Source: Porphyridium purpureum
Taxonomy: Eukaryota
Direction: 5' to 3'
Assembly (NCBI GenBank): GCA_008690995.1
Contig: VRMN01000001.1
Coordinates: forward strand, 186,001-250,000
Length of the DNA: 64,000 nucleotides
The position numbers were made by a program, and so were the translations under genes. Every line of letters begins with the position of its first letter. Position 1 is the stretch's first letter. The notes beneath the pieces are model-generated. The model searched no databases. It saw only the letters and a list, made by a program, of their open reading frames with translations, and was not told the DNA's origin. This document shows, in pieces, positions 1 through 9,927 of the stretch.

Positions 1-31
1 GAGGTCCGGTGAAAAGGGAATATGAAGGAGG

Positions 32-1356
32 TCAAAACGGATAGGGGACACGGCACATTTCTGGCCATTACTCAGCCATAGAGAATCGGAATTGGTCGCG
101 GTTTCCTTGCACGCACGCGCCTCGAAGATACGCACAGTTAAATATTCGTTTCGGCAGCGACGCGTACAAATTGGCCATCACAGGCTGGTCCAAATCCTCC
201 CAAGCCAGTAAAATGGCATGCTTGATCTCTAGCACCGTCTGATACAGCCTTGCACCTTCGTGAACTTTGCGCGATAGTATCCCCCACAGATTCGCGATGA
301 TATTGAAGTCCGGCGAGTACGCTGGCCAGTAGAAGCTCCACATTCTCGTCATTCATGAAATTCTTAACCAGGCGACTTGTGTGCACTGGCGCGTTATCCT
401 GCTGAAAAACCATGTTCGGGCCGACTATCTGACGGCAGCAGTCCAGCACATTGTTCTCTCGAAGCATGGAAACATATTTTGCAGCCATAAATGACCCCTC
501 AATAAAATGAAGGTGAATCTTTCCTCTTGCAGAAATTGCACCCCAAACCATGCATCCACCGCCGCCGGAATGTCGCGACCAAACGTCTGGAACGTCCGCC
601 GCACGCTCAACCCACGTCTTGTGGAAATCATCGGGTCCGTCCAGGTTGAACTTCTTTTCGTCAGTGAACACATCTTCGGCCCAATTGGTCTGTTCCAGCT
701 GATGATGCCTGGCCCAGGCCAGCCTCTTGAGTTTGCAATTGAGTGTCAGTGGCGGACAAGCTGGAATTTTGCGGTATGCATGCGTGACACTCATTGCCTT
801 CCTGATTATCGTCAAACTTTGGATTGGTTTAGCTCCACGAATTCGCAGAGCTGCTTGAACCTGACGTGCCGTGTGAATGTTCGGAAGCTTAGCGATGTTA
901 AAAATCTTCGTTTTGACTGCCTCAGTCAGCTTTAAAGCGTTCACATTGGCATATTTCTGGCAGTAGTCGTTTGGAGCCGACAAATAGCGGGAAACCACGT
1001 TCTTCGAGCGCCCAATTTTGGTCGCAATGGCTCTCACGCTGTTGCTCGACTCTCGGAGACCCTGGATACGTCCTTTCTCCTCGCCCGTAAGGCCAATATT
1101 GCGCCCCATGGAGTCAAAATGGAGCTCTTCACGAGCTGCGATGGATCCGCACTTTTCCGCTTACACTGAACCGCCGACGTCCGAGATATTTCGCTTCCAC
1201 GCAGTGTCCCCTATCCGTTTTGAGCCACAAATTTCGTCGTAACCGTTGTAGACGAACCCCGCCGTTCTACTTTCATAGCAGAAGATTAAAATTTACTATT
1301 AATTAACTATTTTTTCTAAACATTTTGACTGTCCCCTATCCGATTTGGTCGCACCT
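32..1356 (-). mobile_element. Tc1/mariner (DD34E) DNA transposon, defective; left end lies outside the window
   Basis: A transposase pseudogene lies inside. TCAAAACGGATAGGGGACAC (32-51) is a perfect inverted repeat of 1204-1223. A second copy of the GTCCCCTATCCG core at 1331-1342 is followed by TA at 1357-1358 (likely right end and TA target). Confidence 0.8.
68..1109 (-). pseudogene. Tc1-family transposase, frameshifted near 329, catalytic Glu replaced by Ala
   Basis: N-terminal HTH (SVRAIATKIGRSKNVVSRYL), VFTDEKKFNLDG, MVWGAIS and FQQDNAPVH. WPAYSPDFNIIANLW follows in another frame (canonical SPDLNPIENLW). D-to-E spacing is 34 once the frameshift is repaired. Confidence 0.9.
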
Positions 1357-3434
1357 TATGAACCAGCATGTAAATGTCATAGGCCCAGCAGAGCTTCTGT
1401 ACAATGGTCTTGGTCTTGTAGAGCACTTTATGCTTTCACATTTTCTTTAATTCCGCACAGGGAGGGTTTGTATTTTGCTTTTCAATGTCAGTATCTATTA
1501 TGGCAGCCCCTGACCGGCTTCTGGCTGTTGAGATAGCAAGCTTGCGCCCAAACGCCCGTATATCCCGCCATTCACGATTTTGCTCAGTGCATTGCGCAGC
1601 ATTTCTCTCAACCTCTTCCATGTCAAATTCTGCACATCGCGAAGATCAGAACGACCATTGCTGTATGGATAGAATAAACAAAAGTCTCCGTGTCACCGAT
1701 TGCGAAGATAGACTTTATCTCTCCTAGTCTTGAAAAGTGAAAATCAGTGTAACGCCGAAACTACAGAGATTTGGTGTGAAAGTTTACAAAGCTGCACAAA
1801 ACGCGGGCAACTTTCAGTTCCGAGCTCCACTTGTTATACAGCTTTGCCGCTTGGCCTTTTGACAAATTCCACAGACAGAGGTACAGGGCACAGTTTCACC
1901 TCTCCGAATTTTGACATTGAAATTTCCTTTCTTTTGGGTTTGAAACTGAATCGACAAAATCCGATCACTTAATCGAAAATAGAAACGAAAAAGCGCCACA
2001 GTCGTGCCCGTCTTCTTCAATTCCTATTTCGCATGCTTTTGTCTCTCACAGACCTGGTATACATTAGCCAAATCTAATCCTTTGGTTTTCGTCGTATGCA
2101 GCTTCGGCGAGTACTTTATCCAACTTGCATGAATCACAACTTGATTATCTAACAATAAAACCATTGATTACTCTCCGTCATGGATACTGGGTAAGAATGA
2201 TAATCCATAGAATAACGAAACTTCCAACACTTCTTTCAGGGCGGCCAGCCCTGACTCTGAAGTCAGGGAACTCACGAATCGTTGCCGTCTTGAGGATCAA
2301 TGCACCAAATACTTGTAATTTCGAGCAATTAGATACGCTGGTGATTCAGAAATCAACACGTGACTCTCTCGGTAGCTTTAAATTCAACGGTCGAGTATCC
2401 AAGAATGCTCACCCCTCCAATACCTTGAGGCCTTCGAACACAAGATCCTTTAGTGCCTCCTGTAGTATTTTAACACTCAGTAGGACCCGCACTGTCAATC
2501 TCTCTGATGCCACATTCCACTTGTCGATGTGCCGGACAATCGTACCAATTGTATAGGAAATATCAGATCAAACTGTTCTGCATAGTCACAGTAGTCTCTC
2601 TATATCATTTAGAACCTTCATGGTATTCCAGATGACTTCAAAATGTTCTGTCTCACCCCTTCCCCTGGCTACCTCTCACTTCGCCATCTGATCATATCGC
2701 AGGTCTACGTCTTCGAATGAGCTTCTACCTCTTGCCGCAACAACACGGTACAGGGTAAGCCACTTGACCATAATATTTGAAAGATTCTTTTTTCACACTT
2801 GGGGGCATAGCACGAAGTCTCGTTCCTCGATGTTGTAGGGTTAAAAATGAATTCAGGACTTCTTTGTCTTCCTGCTTATCACATGATGACCTCACGGCAC
2901 ACAGTACGCGTCCAATATCCTTTTTAAATTCTCGAATGATATCATGGTGACACACATGATTCGCCGAACTCGCACTCCCATTTTCCACGGTAAATGTTGT
3001 CACCAAGAATTTTAATTATCCCCCGGCCGTCAGCATTCCTCGCGCTTTCTTAATGAGAGAATCTTGCTTCACTTTTTCGATGATTTCTTCGCGTCCCTTC
3101 TTCCGACAATTTAAAGGACCATCGCCCGCATAAAGAGCTAACAGAGCGATCAAAAACTTTCCAACGCCTCGTTGGACACACACGATCTTATTACTATGCA
3201 CAAAATTCCTGTCAAAATTTTGCAATTTCCTCCGGATATTTGTGAGAACTTTGAGCCGCTCTTCGCCATGTTCACATGTACCGTATGGTAATTCTGTCGA
3301 CAGGTACGATTGTCTGGTCCACAGCATGTCTTGAATTTACTTTGCGAAGAAATTCAGTGACGCACACTGAGGATAACTGATCTGATTTCTAAATTAACAG
3401 AAAGGACGAAGCATACCACTAGGAGCTCCAAGAC

Positions 3435-3797
3435 TCATGAGAGGTAGAGGCAGCGCCGTGGTGCGGATTGTAGTAGAAGGCCATTCTCTTTTTACTACAC
3501 CGAAAGACCTTACCTCTAAGCCTATCTCCAAGTGGTGCCGAGTCGCCAGGCGAGAGGAGGCTGGCGCTTAAATAGAGCCGCTGCACTGCACTTCGCTTCT
3601 GCCGTGCGGGCACGGCCCTGCGGAGGGGTCGCCCGAGTGGAGGTGAGGGGTCGCGCCCCCTCCCGCGTCTTCGCCGTCGGGCGAACTAGCTGCCCCAACG
3701 GAGCGTCTCCATCCAGCCCGACCGGTTGCGGCGCCCTGGTGACAGGGACCGAACCGCTGCCGGTCTCGCCGTTGGGGCGTACAGCGATGTCATCACA
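3435..3797 (-). repeat. 3' LTR of the copia element
   Basis: Direct repeat of 7834-8196. On the minus strand it begins TGTGATGA and ends TCATGA. Confidence 0.95.
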
Positions 3798-6065
3798 CGC
3801 CCCCTCGCTGGACGCCGCAACACACAGGATTCGTCCTCGATGAAGACCAAATTTGTCTGCGCTCAGCGCCTTTGTCATCATATCCGCGGTATTTTGCTTG
3901 GTTCCTACTCTCATCAACAAGAGATTCTTGGCCTGCTCTGTGAGCTCATGAAGCCATGCGAGTTCGACGCCGTGCGTCTTTGCCATGTGCAGGAGCTTGT
4001 CGGACCATCCCTTCTTCACGCTCGCGACCGCAGCTTCGTTGTCGCATCGAACGATCGGGGTGAAAGGCTTTGCATGGCATGATTCTCTTGCTTGTTTTCG
4101 CATATGCTCTTGGAGAAGCAAAATCGGCATCACACCCAGTTTTACAGTGTGCGTCAATGCCGCGAGTTCGGATTCTTTGGTACTTGTGCTGCAAGCTCGC
4201 TGTCGGCTCGAATGCCAATCAATCAGATAATCCACTTCACCCACCCGCGCAAATACCAGGAACCCAGAGGTTGACTTCCGAGTTTTCAAGCAGCCCGCGT
4301 AATCTGCGTCGCTATAAGCATCCACTTGCGCCATCGCAAGGCCCTGCTTCGTCGTTACCTGTGGCCGCTTGAACGGGATTCCGAGATTCGTATGCCAGGC
4401 TAGGTAACGCACGGTACGGTCAAGAGCCATTGCAGCTGCATCGTTCCACGCGTCGACGTGTCTAGCAATCCATGCCGCGGCGTGCGCAACATCTGGGCGC
4501 CCTGCTCTGGCCAGCCACATCAGTTGCCCAATCAAACTCCGCACCCATGGCTCGCAGCATGTTGAGTCAGAAGCAGTCGCGAGTTCCACCACTTCATCAT
4601 GAAGTGGGGTATGCACCTTCCGAGCGATGCGATGTTTGCCTACTTCCTTGTATCCGAGCTTTTTCATGGCGTCCTTGACGAAAAGTGCGCAGTAGTCGGC
4701 ACTGTCCAGAACCCACTCGTTTTGATTTTCTGCGCGCACGCGCATTCCCAAAAAATCCACCCTGCCGTTCTCGGATATACGCTGTACCGGCTTTGAGATT
4801 TTAAAAAGCTCGAGCATTTCTTGTATGGCGAAGCCCAATGCCGAAATGTCACCTGCCAAGAGGCCGTCATCTACGTACAACGCGAGCAGGACGTCGGCGC
4901 TTTCGAAAGCCTTGTGGTAAAGGTTCATATCGCTCTGCGTTTGATGCCAACCGCGTTCGGTGAGTCGGCGTCTAGCCTCCGCGCCGAAGTCTGCGCCGGA
5001 ACGCGGCAGTCCGGGCAATGCTTTCTGCATTGGAACGACTGGCCGCTCAAATCCTGCCCAGGCATCCGGTCGCACGCTTTCAGGCAGCTCAAGATAAGTG
5101 CGAGGGCCGCGTGAGTCTGCCGAGAGATACGCAGAATCGACATCGAACTTAGCAAGATCTCCTGCCGCTCTGCCATGAGCGAGCACATACCGCGATGAGC
5201 GGAGTCCGATTGGTCGCTCGTACTGAAAATCGTCGTCTCGAACGAGGTGTCCACTGCCATTAAAAAGAACACACCCTTGTGCAACCAAACGAGCTTTAAG
5301 TAGCTGTTGCGATGTATCCTGTTCAACATTCTTGCGTGCGACCATCATCTTTCCGCGCACGAATTGAGCGCTCGGGTCGGTACTTGCTTCACGGAACGCT
5401 ACCACTTTCTTTGGATCAAAGACGTGCATGGACATCACAGCGTCTAGCTCACGTTTCACGGCCTGGCTTGCCGCCTTAGAGTTCAACGTGATCTTGTCCG
5501 TGATCAGTTCTGCTACTAATGCACTTTGCCCTGGGAACAGATCGTTGAGTATCTCAGCCGCGTTATCGTGCGTGATGCCGAGCACTTCGGCACGTCTTTC
5601 TGCATCGATAGCGCTGCGGCCCCTTAACTCATCGCGCGCCACAATCCTATTCCATTCTCCCCAGCCAAGCGCGTGCAGGCCGGACGCAAGTGATAGATCT
5701 TCCTCAAAGGTCCACTCGTTCGTTGCAGGCTCTACATCTTCTCTTTCAACCGTATGCAGTCCCTCCTCGATCTGCGACGTTTGATTGCCATTAGTCTCCT
5801 CGTGCAACGGCTCAGACTCATCGCTGAGTATATCAATGCCAGGAGGACCGACCATTGTTTCTGCGAAGCGCCCTTTCTCTTGGATGCGCACGTTGGTGAC
5901 CTCCCCCACGCTGCCATTCAAGAGAATGCGATACACTTTATGTCGCTTTCCGTACCCTACCAACACCCCTTTCTGGGCGCGGGCATCAAGTTTCTCTGGT
6001 CCTGGCTCAAAGACGTAGGCCGGTGATCCAAGCACGCGCAAATGCTCGGTGCTGCTGGATTCGCC
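3522..6065 (-). CDS. Copia pol, second segment: integrase C-terminus, Myb/SANT-like domain, reverse transcriptase, RNase H; reads on into the 3' LTR
   Basis: HLRVLGSPAYV..KLDARAQKGVLVGY (integrase C-terminus). KARLVAQG, FDVDSAYL and LYVDDGL (RT). YSDADYAG..RKSTSG, CDNEAA and ADMMTKAL (RNase H). Same frame as the upstream ORF, directly after the TAA at 6066-6068. Confidence 0.92.
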   Translation of the reverse strand, partial: GESSSTEHLRVLGSPAYVFEPGPEKLDARAQKGVLVGYGKRHKVYRILLNGSVGEVTNVRIQEKGRFAETMVGPPGIDILSDESEPLHEETNGNQTSQIEEGLHTVEREDVEPATNEWTFEEDLSLASGLHALGWGEWNRIVARDELRGRSAIDAERRAEVLGITHDNAAEILNDLFPGQSALVAELITDKITLNSKAASQAVKRELDAVMSMHVFDPKKVVAFREASTDPSAQFVRGKMMVARKNVEQDTSQQLLKARLVAQGCVLFNGSGHLVRDDDFQYERPIGLRSSRYVLAHGRAAGDLAKFDVDSAYLSADSRGPRTYLELPESVRPDAWAGFERPVVPMQKALPGLPRSGADFGAEARRRLTERGWHQTQSDMNLYHKAFESADVLLALYVDDGLLAGDISALGFAIQEMLELFKISKPVQRISENGRVDFLGMRVRAENQNEWVLDSADYCALFVKDAMKKLGYKEVGKHRIARKVHTPLHDEVVELATASDSTCCEPWVRSLIGQLMWLARAGRPDVAHAAAWIARHVDAWNDAAAMALDRTVRYLAWHTNLGIPFKRPQVTTKQGLAMAQVDAYSDADYAGCLKTRKSTSGFLVFARVGEVDYLIDWHSSRQRACSTSTKESELAALTHTVKLGVMPILLLQEHMRKQARESCHAKPFTPIVRCDNEAAVASVKKGWSDKLLHMAKTHGVELAWLHELTEQAKNLLLMRVGTKQNTADMMTKALSADKFGLHRGRILCVAASSEGACDDIAVRPNGETGSGSVPVTRAPQPVGLDGDAPLGQLVRPTAKTREGARPLTSTRATPPQGRARTAEAKCSAAALFKRQPPLAWRLGTTWR
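3798..3806 (-). promoter_or_regulatory. Polypurine tract of the copia element
   Basis: GAGGGGGCG lies immediately 5' of the 3' LTR on the minus strand. Confidence 0.8.
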
Positions 6066-7829
6066 TTAGGCAACCGCAATAGGAATCTGTCCTCGTGAGT
6101 TCATTGAACGGTTTAGCACGTAGCATACCGCCGGAGCTAACTCCGGCCAAAGGTCCTTACTGATGTTCTTGGCGAGAACAACCGCCCGTACCTTTTCGAG
6201 GAGGGTTCTGTTGAAACGTTCAGCACGTCCATTCATTTCTGGGACGTAAGCAGGGCTCGGTCTCAAGGATATGTCACGCGCCGCTGCCCACTCTCGCACC
6301 GCGGAGTTCATGTACTCCGTACCCCTGTCTGTGCGGAGAGTCTTCGTCTGTTGCTTGCAAGCTGTCTCCATCATTGACACCATAGCCATTAATACAGCAC
6401 CGGTCTGACTTTTCCGGTGAATGGGAGTGCAAGCTGACAATCCTGTGGCATCGTCCACCAGAGTTACCAAGTAACGTTCTCCTTTCGCGCCTCGTGGAGT
6501 CACTTCGAGAACATCAGAGTGTATGACTTCAAGAGGCACTGAAGCACGACTATCGTTTGGCGGAAATGAACGCCTTGTGCTCTTTGCCAGTATGCATATC
6601 TCACATGGCAGAGATCTATCGTACGGATGGCATAGCCTCTCATGCAGCAGCTGGCTGCTGATCCCGCCCGCTGACATCGGCGAGTGATCCTTGGCAGACA
6701 GTGCATATAACCCGTCACGTAGTGTGCTCACAGTCGTCTCGCCCTTGTCCTCGACCAGACACTTTCCTTCTTCGAACATTACCTTGGCACCTTCAGCCGC
6801 CAACTTCGGGATTGATATCAGATCCAGCGCTAGTCCTGGAACATAAAGGACATTGCGGAGATGTAGGCCTTCAACCTGCGCGCATCCGGCTGCTGTAGCC
6901 TCCATCTCGCCATTGTTCGCGGTCCTTATCTTATGATTGCATGGTCGAACGTTCGAGAGCAGTTGCACACACCCCGTCATGTGCGCAGAGGCACCGGAAT
7001 CAAGAATCCAAAGCCTCTTGCCCCCGCGTACAGCGTCAGCGTACGAACGCTTTACGGTGTTTAGCGCAAACATAGCAATCTCGTTCGACTTGGTGCCTCC
7101 CTCTTCCTCTGTGGCTGTCGCATTGCCGCGCGCTCGACGAGTGCAGTTCCGGCGCGTACGCCCGGATTTTCCACAGTCCCAGCAAGAGCCGTCGAACTTC
7201 GCCCGCCTTACATTCGAGCGCTGGGCATCCGTCTGCCCCGCGAAGAGCGACCGTTCGTGTGCGCCCCCGATCGCGGCACCCTTGCGCCTGCCTACCTGGC
7301 GCTCGATCGCGAGCAGCATCGACTGAATGCTCTCAATTCCAGCCACTCCACCACCAGCAATCCATGCTTGTTCAGCGGCTGCAAAATCGTCCGGAAGCGC
7401 CTCGAACAAGGCATGGACATATTCAGGCTCAGACAATTCGACTCCCAGAGCGCCGAGCTCCCGGCGGAGCATTGTCATCAGACCAAGCAGTTCCCCTACT
7501 GCTTTCCCAGCATGCTCACCAAAGTTTGCCAAGTTCCTGCGGAGCTCGCGCTCGTATGTTGGCGCTGCCGACTTGGACATACCTTCAAGCCGCTCCCATG
7601 CCTCTTTAGATGAGCCCGCGTCGGCAACCACGTGCATCAGCATCTCATCAACCAGGGCCCCGATGAGCCCTTTAGCTTTCTCATCCTTGATAGAAAACCC
7701 GTCCGACTCCACAGAAATCCCACCCCCGACGACTCCCCAAACCTCTTTCTGGCAAAGCATCAGTTTCATCCTGATACTCCACGTGGGGTAATTGGCGCAG
7801 TCTGCCCGCAGCACATAGGCTGGGCTCAT
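6066..7829 (-). CDS. Copia gag-protease-integrase segment ending at an in-frame TAA (alternative in-frame ATG at 7883 inside the LTR)
   Basis: Gag NYPTWSIRMKLML..VW, degenerate knuckle CWDCGKSGRTRRNC, protease WILDSGASAHMTG, integrase HHCC and HSDV/LVDD/LRTDRGTEY/NGRAERFNRTL. Confidence 0.92.
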   Translation of the reverse strand: MSPAYVLRADCANYPTWSIRMKLMLCQKEVWGVVGGGISVESDGFSIKDEKAKGLIGALVDEMLMHVVADAGSSKEAWERLEGMSKSAAPTYERELRRNLANFGEHAGKAVGELLGLMTMLRRELGALGVELSEPEYVHALFEALPDDFAAAEQAWIAGGGVAGIESIQSMLLAIERQVGRRKGAAIGGAHERSLFAGQTDAQRSNVRRAKFDGSCWDCGKSGRTRRNCTRRARGNATATEEEGGTKSNEIAMFALNTVKRSYADAVRGGKRLWILDSGASAHMTGCVQLLSNVRPCNHKIRTANNGEMEATAAGCAQVEGLHLRNVLYVPGLALDLISIPKLAAEGAKVMFEEGKCLVEDKGETTVSTLRDGLYALSAKDHSPMSAGGISSQLLHERLCHPYDRSLPCEICILAKSTRRSFPPNDSRASVPLEVIHSDVLEVTPRGAKGERYLVTLVDDATGLSACTPIHRKSQTGAVLMAMVSMMETACKQQTKTLRTDRGTEYMNSAVREWAAARDISLRPSPAYVPEMNGRAERFNRTLLEKVRAVVLAKNISKDLWPELAPAVCYVLNRSMNSRGQIPIAVA

Positions 7830-7833
7830 AACC
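7820..7833 (-). promoter_or_regulatory. Primer binding site of the half-tRNAiMet type
   Basis: GGTTATGAGCCCAG follows the 5' LTR directly. It is complementary to the initiator-tRNA anticodon arm, the primer type of Drosophila copia and Ty5. Confidence 0.88.
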
Positions 7834-8196
7834 TCATGAGAGGTAGAGGCAGCGCCGTGGTGCGGATTGTAGTAGAAGGCCATTCTCTTTTTACTACACC
7901 GAAAGACCTTACCTCTAAGCCTATCTCCAAGTGGTGCCGAGTCGCCAGGCGAGAGGAGGCTGGCGCTTAAATAGAGCCGCTGCACTGCACTTCGCTTCTG
8001 CCGTGCGGGCACGGCCCTGCGGAGGGGTCGCCCGAGTGGAGGTGAGGGGTCGCGCCCCCTCCCGCGTCTTCGCCGTCGGGCGAACTAGCTGCCCCAACGG
8101 AGCGTCTCCATCCAGCCCGACCGGTTGCGGCGCCCTGGTGACAGGGACCGAACCGCTGCCGGTCTCGCCGTTGGGGCGTACAGCGATGTCATCACA
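7834..8196 (-). repeat. 5' LTR of the copia element, TATA-like TATTTAA at 7967-7973
   Basis: Direct repeat of 3435-3797, followed by the PBS. Confidence 0.95.
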
Positions 8197-9391
8197 AAGA
8201 CTGCTGTTTATTGATTTATATTTTTTCGCACCAAAAGTAGATATTGAGGTTTCAGCAATGTTTGCACCGAAATTCGTATTCTGGCTCGAATTATATTCTT
8301 GCCAAGATCCTTTCCTGTGCGATATATATGTGTTCATGCCTAAACCTTATCTTAGGGTCTGACACTGTGGTTACACCAAGAATGTTTTCTTAAATATTGT
8401 TGTATCCCAATCCTTTTCCTGTACATACAGTCTTGCGGGTCTATTGTGCAACATCTATCATTTTGCCAATCTCTAGAGAAAGATTATTTAAAGCCGATGT
8501 GCAGAGCCTTCTCCCCAATTCAATAATTGTCTCCCAAGAGATCATGCGTTATCCGTCAATCCCGTGGCTACCTAGTTCTGGCCGGAATCTGGCTAGAAAC
8601 GGGCTGGTGCATTGTCATTTTTCACACACTGCTACCGGTGACGCTGACGAACACGGAAAGCCAGTTTGTGTAAAGACGCAGAGACCCGCAAGCAGGCTCG
8701 GGGGTAGACAGGAGGGATGAGAAAAAGAGAGAGCGACGGGGAGAGGAGGAGAGGGAAAAAAGGAAGAAAGGTTGATAACCGGTAAATGGGCGACAAAGTT
8801 CAGTGCTCCCAAGCAACAACGACCGATAACAGTGGAACTCGAAAGGTCGTTCTTTCTGTTCGCACAAGCTTGGAATGTGAAGGAGTACAAAAGGACTACT
8901 CTTCAGGTCTAGAAAGGGGCATCAAAGCTGCCCATAAAAGATGAGAATGTTTACCAGCAAAGGAATTTGCCTGCCAATTTTTATAATTTCTCTTCCTTCT
9001 ATCTTGGATTTCTTGAGACCGAATGCTTTTGTGAAAACATTTAGGTAGGAGCCATATTGATCTGTTTCTACAGGCGGTATCCAGTGCGATGGAAACTGTG
9101 AAGAATAAGATTTAGCCTGTTCTTCGATCAGTCGGAAAGAATCTGGAAACGACTTTTCGCACAAATCGTCAAAGGAGGATAGAATTGAGAAAAGGCCTCG
9201 TTGTTGAGACCGCTTAAACACTTACTGCATCCTTGAATACATATCGGTTAAGGAAGAATGTCTAACGGAAATGGTAGCGCGGTGAGGGCTTGCGGCAGCC
9301 TTACGGCACCAAATGTCTCCCTTGACGAGCTCACTAAGCTTTGATACGAACAGAGCTTCAAACGTGACGCGTTCTGGGAGGCGTGCTCAGC

Positions 9392-9927
9392 TGTCACCAG
9401 AGTACATTTGCTGCAGCTCGTAAATCGAAATATTGAGAATAGAGCAGCGGAAGGAGAAATCGAAAAGATGGTGGTGAAGTGGGAACGACAGGACGGACCT
9501 GTATCATCGTCGGAGTTGTGGGCACGTTGGCCGCGGTGAGGCAGAGCAACTCGCCGCGGCGTAAGCCGCTCTCAGTGGGCCGCCGAGTAATCGAGCTGAA
9601 GGACGGCCGGTGGTGCCTGGTAGACGGCGTGTGGGTATAAAAGAGCGCCCGGGTATCCCACTGGGCGAAAAGAAAGAGAGAGAGAGAAGTCTTAAGCAAT
9701 TTAGAGAACGAAAAGGAAGAAAGAAAATTAACGGTAAAGAGTGCGGTTACAAAATCGAAAAACGTAACGGAAGGAGGGACTGTAGACGGTTTCAGAGCAG
9801 CTTTATGTGCTCTTGATCGTGAAGCCAAACGGTCACTGCCCCTTGGGTCAGGACCGTGTGTGCACGACCGTTCCAAGTTGAGGGATATATAACTAGCACG
9901 TAGCACAGTCTCCTATCCAGTCCGACA
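9392..9927 (+). repeat. Putative LTR of the downstream decayed copia
   Basis: Starts TGTC and could end GACA. Has GGGTATAAAAG near 9633 and a purine-rich tract, and sits upstream of gag remnants. No second copy or TSD found. Confidence 0.35.

Larger units (their letters stand above)
3435..8196 (-). mobile_element. Full-length Ty1/copia LTR retrotransposon (4762 bp), recent insertion
   Basis: Two 363-bp LTRs, identical on manual comparison. 5-bp TSD AAGAC at 3430-3434 and 8197-8201. PBS and PPT present. Domain order gag-PR-IN-RT-RH. Confidence 0.97.

Noticed and set aside
7921..8337. ORFs crossing the LTR boundaries (also 3419-3613, 3532-3843, 7931-8362)
   Set aside because: Chance read-through of GC-rich LTR sequence into the flanks; the duplicated peptides simply reflect the LTR repeat.
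8540..8925. Purine-rich segment resembling a solo LTR
   Set aside because: I could not find TG..CA ends with a matching TSD or a second copy.
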